A stretch of 64,000 nucleotides of DNA from Chrysomallon squamiferum (GCA_012295275.1 CM022667.1:17298001-17362000); one strand, 5' to 3'. Shown: positions 15,592 through 30,572, counted from the first letter of the stretch. The notes: generated by a model not told the origin, from the letters alone. Numbers and translations are program-made.

Positions 15592-16332
15592 TTACTTCTT
15601 TTTTTTATTTGTTATTTTATTTTATTTATTATTATTAATATATATATTTTTTTTTTGTACATTAGAATTCACTCGTAGACGATTCAGCAAGGCTAACGAT
15701 CGTTTCTCTTTTGAACCAGCTACAATAATGGCTGCAATCAATTTTTGCAAAGGGAGGTAATAAAATTGATTTAGAAATGGTCATGAACGAATTTTAACGG
15801 CCAGCGTTGCCATATGTTGCAATGAATTGCGTTAATCAATCACGTGACTGTCAAATGCTTTCTCTTTGATGTTTGTCACGTGACTGAGATCAGAAGCTAA
15901 TAGGAAAGAGCTTCGTTAGATTCAAGACTGAGAAAACGCTAGACAAAAATGTGTTCACTTCTGTAACACTGTTGGCTGTTCCCGATCAAATTCTGGTTTA
16001 GAAAATATTTGTAAGCGTGTTCATGATAATGCAAATATTTGTCTCAGTGGTTTTCGTCAAGGTAAACCTCATTTTGAGGCGCTAATCATCTGGTTTCAAC
16101 CGTCGTTGTCATGGTAACCTAAACTATTTTCATTCTGTTTTTATTTCTTTAAATTTATTATTTTTAAAACATTTTTTGTTTCCTGTTCATATTATTGTTT
16201 CATTACTGTTCTTGTTGTTATTTACGCTCAGAAATTCCAAATAAAAATTCTTACTAATCAAATACCAATGCAGATATTTGAAATGCCCGAAAAAAAAAAG
16301 ATACGAACATAAGAAATAAAAGTTTCAGCTAT

Positions 16333-16500
16333 GAAAATACAACATAAAATATCGAAATACAAGTTCAAAAACTGAAACACGAATTCAGACTTTTGAAATA
16401 CAACCTCACACTTTTCAAATGCAAGCTCACACTTTTGAAACACTAGCTCATACTTTCAGAATACAAGTTCAAACGTTTTAAATATCAATTCAAAGACATC
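16333..16500. repeat. Degenerate 21-bp tandem repeat, about 7 copies
   Basis: Units such as GAAACACGAATTCAGACTTTT / GAAATACAACCTCACACTTTT / CAAATGCAAGCTCACACTTTT / GAAACACTAGCTCATACTTTC. Confidence 0.8.
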
Positions 16501-17894
16501 AAAGATATATTTTTATATTTATTTTCTTTTTTCTTTCTGAATAAAATAACCGCATATGTAAATAGGTATAAAGAACATATTTCTATTAGTAACCTGTCTC
16601 TTTGTCACAGCATGAATACAAAGCTTTTTGGCTCTTTGAGTTATAAATGGGTGTAACTATTTCCAGTACGAAGCAGATTTAAGTCTCTCAGCAAAATTTA
16701 GTTTAATGTGCATATAAATATGTGGTTGCAAGACGATAAATATAATTATATGTGTAGGATGGTGGATGGGTAGATGTTTGTGTACGTAGTGATGAATGTA
16801 TGTGCGTTTTGAACGAAGTGTTTGTATGTCTGAAGACACGTGTGTACGTGTGTTTGTTAATGGTGTATTTAAATACTTGTGGTTATAAAATATAAATATT
16901 ACGTTTTTGTTTGCATACATGTGTTTGTATGTATATTTCTTTCTGGGTTTTTTTTCTCTTTTTTTTTTTGTTGGTTTTTTGGGGTTTTTTTTCTGTTTTA
17001 ATATCAACGATTATCTGTACAAATGTTAACAGATATAAAATCTTGAGAAATAGTTTAACTTAGATTTCTCATGAAACTAAACCCACGATGCTGTGGTGTA
17101 CACGGTTACAGAGATACGAGGTTTTTTACGTCACTACACAAGAGCACTGCCACAAACGCCTAGCAGTGAATGTTAGGTATCTCTGTATTAAACGCTATTA
17201 ATTTTGTGTGAAAACCTCATGTGTGGTCTGGTCCTTTTAAATGATGCACGTTTAGCGAATACTATAAACTGATAAAGCAATGCATGGGTGTATACGTAAT
17301 TCTTTCCAGTTTTTCTTTTTTTTCTTCTGTTCTTCATCTGTGGATGTGCACAAGAGGAGGTGCTCACTAAAGCCTCCTCTTTCCATCTTCAGTGTCGACT
17401 GATGTATGTCCTGTAACAATGAACTTCGTCTAATCTTGAAATTTATATTCATCACAATTAACATGCCCCACCCCTTATCTCTCATCTAGGACCCGCCCCT
17501 GTCACTGCTTTCGCTACTTGAATGTTTGCAGTCCATAATGTTTGAGATTAATGGTTCATTTTATGATGAAATGAGGAATGCAATTTGTAATCTGTCGTTT
17601 ATGTTCGTAGAAGAATATATATGTATGTTTCAGATATCAGATTTATGTTTGCAGTCATGGTTAGCCCACACTACAAAAGAAAGAAACATTGACGATAAAT
17701 ATTGTATTTTCTTATCGGTTTCTTTGTCTATTTGCATACAGCTTGAAAATTAAAAACCCTTTTTATTTTTTTCTGTTTCTTTTTTTTTTCTAACGTATAT
17801 GAAGCAAATAATAAAAAAAAATAAAAACAAAAAAAGAAAAAAAAAATGAACATATGGTCATACATTTAAATTAAAAAGACAATTATTGCAGGAG

Positions 17895-17989
<95 letters not shown>

Positions 17990-19053
17990 AGTTAAATTAG
18001 TTTAGTTGACTAATCGTCTGTTGGTTGTCACTAGATATTCGTTCTTTCAACGCGGTTGACACGTGCGGTCCAACTTGGCTCACCCAGGGAATTAAAATTA
18101 AAACATCAAAGAAAAACGTCTTCTGAAGAATTACGTATCTGACGATAGATGTGGATGTGGTGACCCATGTGAATTAATCTTAGTTTCTATTTATCTTCTG
18201 ACAAGAGTTGCAGAAGCAGTGGGAAAGAGGGTATATACCACACACAAAACGCAGTCTACTTTTATTCACAGAAATTGGGATCTTGGATAAAAAGTAAAAA
18301 GATCATAAGTGGATATTAAACAGTGGGTATGTTGTTCTCGAGGCGTTTCCTTGGCAATATGGGACATGTGACTTGTATGACGTAGTCATGGTGCGAAATT
18401 CCTCTAGAACTGAAAAGTTAAATCGCTAAAACGAAGAACATGCTGAAATTATTCTGGCGACTAAAAGACATTCAGATGGGGCGAATTAAATTGATTTGGC
18501 ATGACGGTAATGCGCGTTTTACAGCATATTTCACTTTGTAAGAGGCTATATGAGGGCAGCCTATCAAATAACTCCAGTAATTAGCCTGCAAGTGGTTTCT
18601 TAAGACTTTTTTTTTTTCGTCTTTTTTAAAGGGGCCAACTTGAAGTCTTTAAATGTCATTAGGAAACGGCGTATGACTGTCAGATACGCCCGAGAAGGAA
18701 CACGTGTAAGAATCGCAGCATGTGCAACAGAGAACCGCTCGTCTGAAAGGCCACCATCGTCGATCGAGCGTCTGAGAGTGATTCGTAGCCGGTTCGCGCT
18801 CCCGGCTATTAGCTAGCCACCGATACGGGAGATGAATGCTACAACAACAAGGTGGAATAATACGGCACGGAAGATGCAAGAAACAGTGTTAGTTTCCTCC
18901 CTCGTTTGATTGGCTCCTATGTTTTTTCTTTTCTTTCCACATTTCGTTTTCCTTCTGAAACATTTTCTCTGTTGTCACCTGTACATTTATTTATATATTT
19001 ATGTCTATATTACACCTGTCTATCTATCTATCTATCTATCTATCTATCAATTT

Positions 19054-19145
<92 letters not shown>

Positions 19146-20049
19146 CTTCTTCTTGTAGTTCTTGTGTCTTATATATGTATATATATTTCTTTTTTTTTGT
19201 TTTGCCTGTAATGGTTATTTTAATTCGAAAGCTATTAGTCGCTAATATTTATTCTTATTTCTTACGTTTATTTATTTTATTTTATTTTATTTTATTTCAT
19301 TTCATTATATTTAAAATTAAATAAATAAAAAAAAACTCTATCTGAAAATGATTTATTACTATTATTATCGTGGTGATCATTACATCATAATAATCAACAA
19401 ACCCAAAATGAGAATGTTTTTATTAATTATTAATTCAGCCCATTATGCGTTAATTTTACAAGATTTCTTAGAATCACTGAAAGGGATCCATATTCGAAAC
19501 GAGCTATTATTTCCATGAAAATGATCATTATTATTATTTTATTTTTTTTTTAAGAGAAAATAAAACACAAACAAAAAGATGATAAATTACTAATAAGGTA
19601 GATAAAGATCAAAACAACAACTTCATTTCGGTGCAGAAAATTCTTGAAATTTACTATAATTTTAGTTTTTGTTTGTTTGTGTATTGCATTGTCTGACTGT
19701 TAAGATAAGCTGTATGCTACCGCTATGAGCATTCTAGAAGATTCAAATTACAAATTAGCACACTTGTGTAGCACGAATAATGAATTATAAACTTTGAATC
19801 GACAAGAAACTATATACGCTGGTGCTTATCCGTCAAATAAATTCTGCTACAGATGCTGAACATTTTTTCTTATCTGAAACTCGGTTGCAGGGTGTCCAAC
19901 TTGAAAATGACGAAACTAACCGAAACTTACTTTTTTCTTCATTTTTTTAACTGTTGATTTTAATTTTTTTGGTTTTTACAGCATTTGCATATGTAAATTT
20001 TTACACAAATAATCAGATTTAAAAAACTACACCATATTTTTATATTTAT

Positions 20050-20081
20050 GTATTATAATAATAATAATAATAATAATAATA

Positions 20082-20128
<47 letters not shown>

Positions 20129-20369
20129 TACTGCTACGACTACTACTATCATCATCATCATCATCATTATTATTTCTATTTGTTTTTTGTTTTTTTATTT
20201 TATATTTCTAATTTTTGTTTTGTTTTCTTTTTCTTTTTCATGGTTTGTTAATTTGTCATGTATTTTTAAATTATTATTATTTAAAAACCACTCTGACGTG
20301 GGTAAAAAGTAACAACACAACTTATTCGTTTTTTATTTCTTCTTATTATTATTTCTATCACTATTATTA

Positions 20370-20430
<61 letters not shown>

Positions 20431-20915
20431 TACTACTACTACTACTGCTACGACTACTACTACTACTATTATTATTATTATTTTTATTTTTATTATTTTT
20501 ATTATTATTATTTTATCTTTTTATTATTAATTTTTAATACGCTACATTGTTAAGTTTATACAGTTGTGTTTTTGAAATAATTTTGTCTTTGTCTTTCTTT
20601 CTTTAATTTTATTTCATTACTTTTTTTCTTCAGTATTTTAGAAACAAATAAATAAATACATTTTAAAAAAGAAAGATTATTTGTAACAGATTAATGCAGA
20701 GAAGAAAAAACATTTAAATTAGTCACATTGTATAAAACTGGTAATTACAATATTTATTTTATATTAAAGTATAATTATTATTATTATCCTAATCATCATC
20801 ATCATCATCATCATCATCATTATCATTATGATTATTATTCATAGAATTTGAATGTGTGTGTGTGTGTATTAAAGTATAATTATTATTATTATCCTAATTA
20901 TCATCATCATCATCA

Positions 20916-20976
<61 letters not shown>

Positions 20977-20980
20977 TGTG

Positions 20981-21032
<52 letters not shown>
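20050..21032. repeat. Cluster of (TAA)/(TTA)/(CTA)/(TCA)/(GT) microsatellites with local duplications
   Basis: Direct reading; CTACTGCTACGACTACTAC and ATAATTATTATTATTATCCTAAT each occur twice. Confidence 0.9.
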
Positions 21033-21034
<2 letters not shown>

Positions 21035-22543
21035 AATCGATAGAAACACACGTACTCCACTGAGCTTGAGACATTTGAAACATCAGAAATGTTCTTGCTT
21101 TTACTCTCTACGACGATAGAATTACAAGCGAGGTTTCACTTTTTATTTACCTAACACTCTAAAAACTGTTATTTTACTTTAATTTGAAAGCGAAATGAAA
21201 CTGGCATACCAAAGAATCCTCGGTGTACTGAGGTAAAGAAAATCGAGTGGCTTTTCAAAACGTGTGCCCTACGTCTGACCCTTTTGTGCCACAGAGAAAT
21301 GCTTCAAACTGGCACAAAAACGCAACACAAAACTAAAAGAAAACAGCGTTTCCCTGCATGCCGGTTCGTTCCTGTTGTTTTCTTCACTTCAAATCTGTCA
21401 GCAGCTGACACGCAAAATCGGAGACTGAAGACATCGAGCACTGATTGAGCAATCAACAGAAATCCAGTCTTCAGCGATAACCGTCAACACGTGTAATTGG
21501 AACACTCTCGCCTCCTTTCGAACCTCCATCAAACAAACAAAATAAAAAAGGAAGAAGAAAATGCCACATACTGCACGTGCTCATGTTAGACGTGTTTTGA
21601 CAACGAGAAACAACTATTGTGTCAATCTGCACGTGCTCGCTGGCACTAATTTCAAACTGCGCCGACGACTACTGCATTTCGGCCATTAGTTGCACAATTA
21701 GAGATGCCGATAGGTGGCGATTACGGCTGCCAGGGGATATAACTGCTGTCAGTTAACGATGAGGCGAGGAAAGGTCAATTAGTCCCCAAGTAATTGAATT
21801 AAGTTAAGAACAACAATGCCGTGCAGAACGTGCACGTGTTATTTACTCAGCGAATATAGCAGTTACATGTTAGACAGAAACTTGATCATACAGATACGTT
21901 TGTGATATCAGAAGCAGAGTACTGGAGTATAGCATAGGTGAAAATAATGGTGGCATCAGATTCATTTTTAATAATCAGTGATAATATCAATTAACTAAAT
22001 CATTTATAAAAGTATTAAGTAGAAGCAAATACTATACGGATGAACTTTATGGCTATTTACTCAATCGTTCTGAAAATATTACGTCAGTATGTTAATAGTT
22101 TTAAGATACGTTTTCACCGAGATAAAAAAAATAAAATAAATAAAATAGAAAATCAATTTTCTGAGGATTGCCACTCATAACGGATCAAAGCCAACACCTT
22201 CAAACATGACTAACAAATATAAATAAAATCACGAACTAGCTGTTTTAGCAAATACAGGGAAAAAAAAAAAAAAATAAAATGTAAACTAAAAGGACACGGT
22301 AGAAAAATTAATAAGCCTAACAATGTACGAACTCAAAATTGTTGTTTTTCTATGACTTTATTACTTACTGTCCGAGTTTACTAACCGGATATCAGAGCTA
22401 AACAAATCAATACTTTTAGTTTATTACTCTGTCTATATAGCGATTAATTACTGAACAGTAACTGACTGTAACTTCATCAATAAGTTTTATTCTTTAAGAT
22501 ATGTTTTCGAATTTCCGCTGCACGAACAACAAACCAACAAACC

Positions 22544-22608
<65 letters not shown>

Positions 22609-23164
22609 CAACAACAACAACAGCAACATATTTAAAAAACTTGAATTTGACATTCACTTTTCACGATCGATTTAGGTTAACGTTAAACTGGAATAAAATA
22701 TAATTTTTGACAGGAATTTTATATAATTATAACAGGAACATTTAATAATTATGCGACAAGGATATATCATATACAAGAAATATTATATAATTACGCGACG
22801 TCTAATGTTTTATCTCCTGACTAAACTGTGATCTTGTATGTACTGTGTACGTCTGCAGAATTTTAATATCATTATCATCATCATCATTATTATTATTATT
22901 ATTATTGTTGTTATTGTTGTTGTTGTTATTGTTGTTGTTATTATTATTATTGATAGATACAGATATATAATAATCGATGTTCTTGCTATTAACTACCTAT
23001 TTTCTTTTTTCAGCTTATGATACCTCCACATGTATAACTCTCTTCGGAAATTAATAATAATAAATCATAGAATTCTCGTGTGATTTAATATAAACCATTT
23101 GATAATTCTACAATGAAATTTTAAATATTTTTTATCTGTATTTTAAAGCACAATGCAAGAACAA

Positions 23165-23571
23165 AAATCATAAACCAATTTACAAAATTTTATTATTTTT
23201 TTTTTTAATGACAAAAACATCAAGAATGTACAAAACATTATTACAAATGTACGTATTTATATATATATATATGACACCAACAAAAATGCTGACAATGACT
23301 ATCAAATAAAAAATGTTTAAAAATGTCACGGACGGTTTATATGAAAAAACAAAACGCTAATAAATAGAATCATCATAACATTTTTTTTTTTTTTTACTGT
23401 TTGTAAGCCAGTAGTAATAACAAAAAATAACAAATAGTGCTAATTAAGTAATATTCTGATTTAATTATTTGTCAATGTTATTATATTCTTTTCCTCTGAA
23501 CAATATTTTAATACTGTGAAAGTATATTTGAGTACTTAATGTATATCTTTTATAGTATCTTTGGCTTTTTA

Positions 23572-23655
<84 letters not shown>

Positions 23656-23983
23656 CCACCCACGCACGCACATTTTTCGAAACAAATTAATCTGTTGGTT
23701 ATTTTCTATTTAATAAATACCGCCTCATCGGCATTATTGTTTTCATACTTTCATATGCATCAATCAAGCATTACCTTTTAAACTGTGAAACGCATTCTAA
23801 CACACACACAGTATATATATAATTATAACAGTGAATATTTGAGTCAATCATCGTCGTATGTTATAAAAAATTTCATAGCTCTAACCTGTTCATGAGAATG
23901 ATAACGTACGGTATTGTTTATCTTCATGTCCCTCTCTACTTTTTTTTTTGACACAAGAATGGTTACATACACCAATGTCATAT

Positions 23984-24059
<76 letters not shown>

Positions 24060-24337
24060 ACAAAAATATAATTACGACTTAATGCGTTTTCTTCTGTAGC
24101 ACACACACACACACACACACACACACGCGCGCAAATATTTTTTTGTCGAGATATGAGACGTTTAAAATTTACTAATATTTTTTGTTGTTGTTGTTGTTCA
24201 ACTTGTTGTTTTGTTTGTTTCCCATTAAAACTGGCCTCAAAGTCTGATAAATGTGTGTTATAATTGTTGTTATTATTTTGTGTTTTTCTTACATAAAAAT
24301 ATAAATATCCGAGATCTAGTTACACGAAAACACCTCA
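23165..24337 (-). other. Putative FoxF 3' UTR with AATAAA polyadenylation signal (23194-23189)
   Basis: Lies downstream of the stop codon and has TGTA-rich, U-rich composition. AATAAA is followed by a GT/T-rich stretch (ttggtttatgatttttgttcttg). The end point is inferred. Confidence 0.45.
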
Positions 24338-24468
24338 TCACATCGCACATTTCTCGTAGTAGGCTGACGGGTGCATCGATGACGTCATACTTCCGGTTCC
24401 GTATGGGAAATATGGTTTTCTGTCGCATGAAGATGTCTGTTGAAATGGAGCGGACGGAAGGCGCATGC
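24338..24468 (-). CDS. FoxF: FoxF coding exon 2 (C-terminal region)
   Basis: Acceptor ctgttttcttttccAG|GC at 24470-24469. The phase-1 join to exon 1 reads ...DLALA-G-MRLPSAPFQQTSSCDRKPYFPYGTGSMTSSMHPSAYYEKCAM*, ending in tandem TGA TGA. CDRK, SSMH, YY and terminal C-x-M match the vertebrate FOXF1 C-terminus as recalled (CDRKEF...SSSMH...YY...PCVM). Confidence 0.9.
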
Positions 24469-27112
24469 CTGGAAAAGAAAACAGTCGTTTAATAATCAAA
24501 TATCAAATATAATCTTATATATTATTTTGTCATTGTTAACGTTGATAATAATAATAATCTCTTTACTGTAAATTTATATACATTTCCAAATCTTTTATAT
24601 ATTTATTATTTAATTTTCAAGAAAAAATATAAGAAGGATTTTTTTTTATACACATTTAATCTCTTTTAAATAAAAAAAAAAAGTTGACACGATTTTAACG
24701 TGAATATCTTTCAAATAAATAAACATGTATATATATAAATATATTTTAATTTAAAAGATATCTACCTTAAAATCGTGTAATATTTTCATACAGAAATAAT
24801 CCTTTCTAAACTTTTATTATTTTATTTGTGATAATGGTGTTCAAGTATTTAATAGTAGGAACAAGAACAACAGTAATAGCATTGTTCTGTGTAGTAGTAA
24901 TAGTACAAGTATTAGTAACAAAGTAGTATATATATAATGATAATATATAGTAGATTAATAATACATTTTATATTATAAACTATCTATTCACAGAAAAGTT
25001 GAAACAGAGAAATTTTATAATACATATTAAAATTAATGTATAATAGGTGTCGTATGATCTAATTTTAGCTTTTGTAAAATCTTAAACAAAAAGAAATCAG
25101 CTGTCGGGAAGCAAATGAAACACGGTTTTATATTTTCTGCGTCGACAAAGAATAGCATGGGTCAAACTTAACAAAACAAAGACGCCCAAAAAGTAGCACG
25201 TATTACGTAAGTTTACGTAGCAGTTTGTGATCCAGGAAACAGGAAAAAATATCAGTTTTCATTATCGTTTTCGCAAAACCCCCTTCTTTTATTTTTGCAT
25301 TTAATTTCTTTTCTTTTATTGCTGAAAATCTACTCTGCAGTTATGATTTTATTTCCTTAAGGTAAAACTTCCTTTTGATATGTTTTCTATTTTTTTTTTT
25401 TTTCAAATCTTTCTGTACACCTTTTTAACTGAAAGAAAGCTAATTTTTTAAAGCATCAGTAGACAGTATGTCTGTACAAAATGGCAGCCCGCGGCGAAAT
25501 CGACACAAAGCAAAAAAATATTAAAAATTGTTTCACGGATGTACATTGCATGTCGATTTCTCACTTGTATATTTCCTTCGCTAATGGTAGGTGGTCCTGC
25601 GCTTGCAATAACACGTGTTTTTCTTGTACCTAGTTTGAACAGTAACTCTAACCCCGATTCGAGAAGAGAGAGTTTTCTCTGTAGAGCCCGCGGGTTCCTC
25701 GTTGTGTGCCATTTTACAACGCCCCGCGATCTTTCACGATAAAAATGTTTTCGCACAATTTGAAACTGTTAGTTTAAGAGAAAGTCGACTCTTGTTTTTA
25801 CAGGAATTTTTTCTTTATATTTTTATGCGAGTAAGTTGTGGTGATAGGTTAAATGTTCAGTGTAAAAATTTCACAAGAAACTTTCTTGCAGATTTGTTTT
25901 TCTTTTTTTATACATACATACATACATATGAGCGAACATACCTAAACAAATTTATACGATAATATGAGGAAGATTTTCAAAAATAAAATATCCGTATTAG
26001 TGCTATTGTTTTGAAACAAGTGAAAAGATATACAATATACATTTAATATACATGTATAGAGATCATTTTTTAAAGCGGAAAAATAGTAAATTCAAACGAG
26101 TAAATAATAAATGTTAGTAATAATTTTTTTATTTTTTTTTAAAAAGTCTTTTTTTAATTTATCTTATCTTCGTATAATATTTTTAAAATTTATTTCTTGT
26201 GTGTATATAGAATTAAAATATCACGCATAATGTCGACACCAGAAATTAAAATATATAAAATATTATTATTCTGTAATTCTATTCGCAAAAATAACAGCAC
26301 CATTGACATTAATTTGACACGTATCTTTCACCACCCATCCACCCCCCACACAAAAAGTATATTTACATTTCCAGATATATTTTTAAAGAACCAATTTTTT
26401 CTTCTTCTTCTATTTTAGAAGCTTTGACAACTACGCCCATTGCTTTACATATGCTGGCATATCTTCGTTTACTTTATCAATTTTTATTTCATTTCTACGT
26501 CTTACGATAACGTGCGTCTGTTTCTCCAGCGTTTGAAAGATCTGACAAGAATCTTGCGTCAAGTGTTGTGCACGTGAGTTCGAAACGACCTCTTACGGGG
26601 CTTGATTCACGTGTCCCGCACGTGCAGAATAGTCCACAAAACACCAAGCATTCTAACTGCATGTGCAGCCCAGGGGAAAACAGATTGGAATCAGAGGCCC
26701 ACGTTCTTTTTTCGGCCGAAATTGTGCGTGTAATTAATTCGAAACAGATCGATTCGGTTACCTCGAAATTTTTCGACTCTGCCGGAGTGTTTAATGTAAG
26801 ACAAGGGACAAGTTTGCTCTGCTTTTACACGTGTTCCTGCATTCTCATCACTTGTAGCCAGACATCGATACACTTTTGTTACATTTGAAATAAAAGCGAT
26901 TGTTTCCCCGAAAAATGGAACAACAAGCGCGGTTATTACTACAAGAAATGCCAAGGGTTCCGAGATCAAGGCTCTTGTGTGACTTCTTCGAAATGCGGAC
27001 AATGCAAGCCAATGGTTTTAATTTATGTAGAACAACAAGGTCATGTGACAAGAAATGTATCGTCCTGATTAAGCAAATAAAAATAAATAATATGTTATAA
27101 ATATCTCCCTCT

Positions 27113-27152
<40 letters not shown>

Positions 27153-27477
27153 TGCTGTAACATAAATATGCATATATCAGTATCCCAAGAGAGTGACATA
27201 GAGATTATAAAAGCACAACTGAAACTAAATGTATTTTAATTGCATAGAAAGCAGGTCCACTGACAAACAAAAACAAATGTGAAGAAAACACTAAATTTAC
27301 GTAAAAACATATTTCACATAGTTCAATAGCAACAGAAAACAGAAGTCACTCTACTGCGACATATTAATGTAACAGTTACTTATAAAAAGAAATAAAAATG
27401 CAATAAATGAATAAAGAAACGCGTCAAAAAATGAACTTTATGTAAATTCTTCTGTTTTCCAGCAAACTATTTTAACA

Positions 27478-27945
27478 TGAGTCTGTATATATATATTAAT
27501 TAAATGTTTGTGATTTATATGAGTCTGAATATATATATATATGTGTGCGTGTGTGTTACGTACCGAAAGAGAGAGGAACATATACAGGTAAACTGATTCT
27601 AGATTTTAATTCTCTGAATTCTAATTTTATTTTATTTTTTCCTAGCATGATGGAAGCAACATGGAGATACACATGTAGCAATTTTATCCGTGTTTCCCAG
27701 CATGTAAGATCGGTTGACTATTTGTGGCATGAAGACAAATATTGTTCGTGCATTTCGTGTCCAGGTGATACAATACAGGAAATCTCTTGGAAGTATTATT
27801 ATACTGATGATACATGTGTAGCACAAATGAAGCCGTTCAAATGCACACGTTCGCACACACACACACACGCGCGCCGTTAATTATAGAAACATTATAATTC
27901 ATACAGAAATATACATTACAAGACAGATTTCTCTCTCTCTCTCGC

Positions 27946-27980
<35 letters not shown>

Positions 27981-28078
27981 ACGTAGTTTATATGTATGAG
28001 TTTGTATGTGTATGTGTATGTGTATATGTATGTGTATGTGTATGTTAATTAAATGTTTGTGATTTATATTTACGTACC
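27478..28078. repeat. Short direct duplication (exact 25-mer TTAATTAAATGTTTGTGATTTATAT at 27496-27520 and 28045-28069)
   Basis: Exact 25-bp match, with a shared upstream ATGAGT(C/T)TGTAT and a shared downstream TTACGTACC. Confidence 0.8.
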
Positions 28079-28913
28079 TTTTGCTGCCTTAAAATTAAAA
28101 CGTCTTTGTTTACACTGTGACGTCATAAACAATTTACGTAACGTCAAATTAGGGACAGTTGATGTTTTCAGTATCGCAATAACATGATATTTTTGACAAA
28201 TTAACACTTTTAATTTGGATTTACAATTTCGATGGTTAATTTCGATAAGGTAAGTAGTAATTAAATTAATATATTCTTTTATCTCTATCATTTTTAATTT
28301 CGCAGTTGATGTAAGTTACCAGTTACATGTCTTAGTACTATAGGAGAAATACAGGACTGTTGTTTTTTCTTCTTATTTTAACTTTTCTTTCTTTGGGAGA
28401 GTGTATGTACGAGTACCTTTGAATATTAATGCGTATGTTTAATGTGGCCTAAAAAGTATGATATATTTGACATCTATGTAATTAGGGGTATTTGTACTAA
28501 ATAATTACTAAATACTTATCTTTTGATTCTATTATTATTATTGCCGTTTATGTTGTTGTTGTTTTTATTGTTGTTATTACCTTTGCTATTAATGTTATTA
28601 CTATTAATACAAATACTACCACAATTATTGCTATTATGCTGCTGACATAGAAATTATATTACCAGTGACATAGAAATAAAAAAATAAAAAATTGTTTATG
28701 GATATTTTAAAATGAATCAAAACTCGTTTCGATAAATGGAGTGTAACTTCATTTCATGTGCATGTAAGTGTGTTTGAAAAACTCTGTAAACAGTTCCATG
28801 TCTGGTACGGCTGTGTCAGTGAGGTTTCCCGAACTGAAAACACTGCGTCTTTCCAGGGCTAGCAAGCATTTCAGATGTTATCATTGAATATAATTTTCAC
28901 TATACTGAAATAA

Positions 28914-28944
<31 letters not shown>

Positions 28945-28979
28945 CATTAGATGGAAAATAACAGTAAAGGTGTTATTAA

Positions 28980-29022
<43 letters not shown>

Positions 29023-29500
29023 TAATAATAATAAAACAGAGAAGGCCTGACACCACACCATTCCCGGGGCCGCCCTTGCACTTTATCACGGATATCATGT
29101 TTCATACACAGTATCTCTAATAACTCGGCTTTCACAGATTTCAGCTGCAAATTGGCTTGATGCGGCGCTACAAACTAAAGACATCAGTTTGCCTGTCATC
29201 GATATGTCTTTTTTTCTTCTTCTTTCTTCCTTTTTTTAAAATATCTTTTATGTATGTATGTATTTATTTATTTACTTATTTTTATTATTATTTATTATAT
29301 TTTATTATTATCTTTTTTTTTCTCTCACTTTTTTGACGCTCGTCTAAAGAGGTGTTTAACGAATCATACAGCGTGTGTTATCAGAATACAGTTTATCCCG
29401 GATGTTTCTCAGTGGTTGGCCAGTTAGAAAAGATTGACATACATTTCCTGAATGACAGATAATAAGCCAGACTGAGACAGATAATTGTTATCAAACACAT

Positions 29501-29544
<44 letters not shown>

Positions 29545-29600
29545 AGAAGTAGAGACCTGCTATATACATATCACAGCTTTTTTATAATTTCTATTTTACT

Positions 29601-29668
<68 letters not shown>

Positions 29669-30572
29669 CTAGCTATATATCGGTACCTTCCTTACTTTCT
29701 TTAAATATATATATTTTGTTTATTTCATTCTTTACCATTCCTTACTTATTTTTTTTTTCTTTTCTTTTCTTTTCTTTTCTTTTCTTTTCTGTATTTGATA
29801 TCTCTATATAACATGGATGCACATAATGATATATACTTATTTACCTGCTTTCCTCATATTTTCTATCAGCATGTTCAAGTTACTTATAATGTAAAATATC
29901 ATTATATACGTTTTAAAGATTTATAACATTAATCGTAACTCTTGACTAAAACAAACCAGAATCATAACTGAATCGGACAAACAAAACATTTTAACTCGTG
30001 CGACAAATGGCGCAATGCCGTAATGTACCGTTAATGACGTCAGACAAATTAGGATTAGAATTGGTGTAGTGTTGCCCCGGCAACTTACGTGACACGTGAT
30101 CAGCGTCAGCGTAACGGTACTTGAGACCTGCTCGTGTGTAGCTGCGGCTGAGGGGGGAGATAAGTGACGCCCCGTCACGCAAACACTCTACTTACATTAG
30201 TGTCAAGAAAACTCAGAGGTTACATGAAAGTTTGGAATATCTGACAAAACGAATCAAGGAAAAGAGATTTTGTGTTGTTTGAAGTTAAAATACTTTTTAG
30301 CCAAAAGTGATCGAGATTTTAACCTCTTAATTTTGATTTCATGTTTTAATTATTTTAATTTCTATTTATTTATTTATTTATTTATTTATTGTTACTGTCG
30401 TTGTTATCATAATAGTCATTATGATTGTCGTTATTATTATTATCATCACTGTTGTTGGTCGTTATATTCTAATTGCCTCATATAATTTGGAATACATTAT
30501 ATTGTAATATAAATCAGTTATAAGTTGTTGTTTTTTTACAGGTATAAGTATACTGCAAAGTAATATTGGGGG

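Noticed and set aside
24380-24396. ETS-CRE-like composite TGACGTCATACTTCCGG
   Set aside because: It falls inside FoxF exon 2 and is explained by the codons for TGSMTS.
26059-26082. GAGATCATTTTTTAAAGC resembles bantam miRNA
   Set aside because: No complementary arm or hairpin, and several mismatches.
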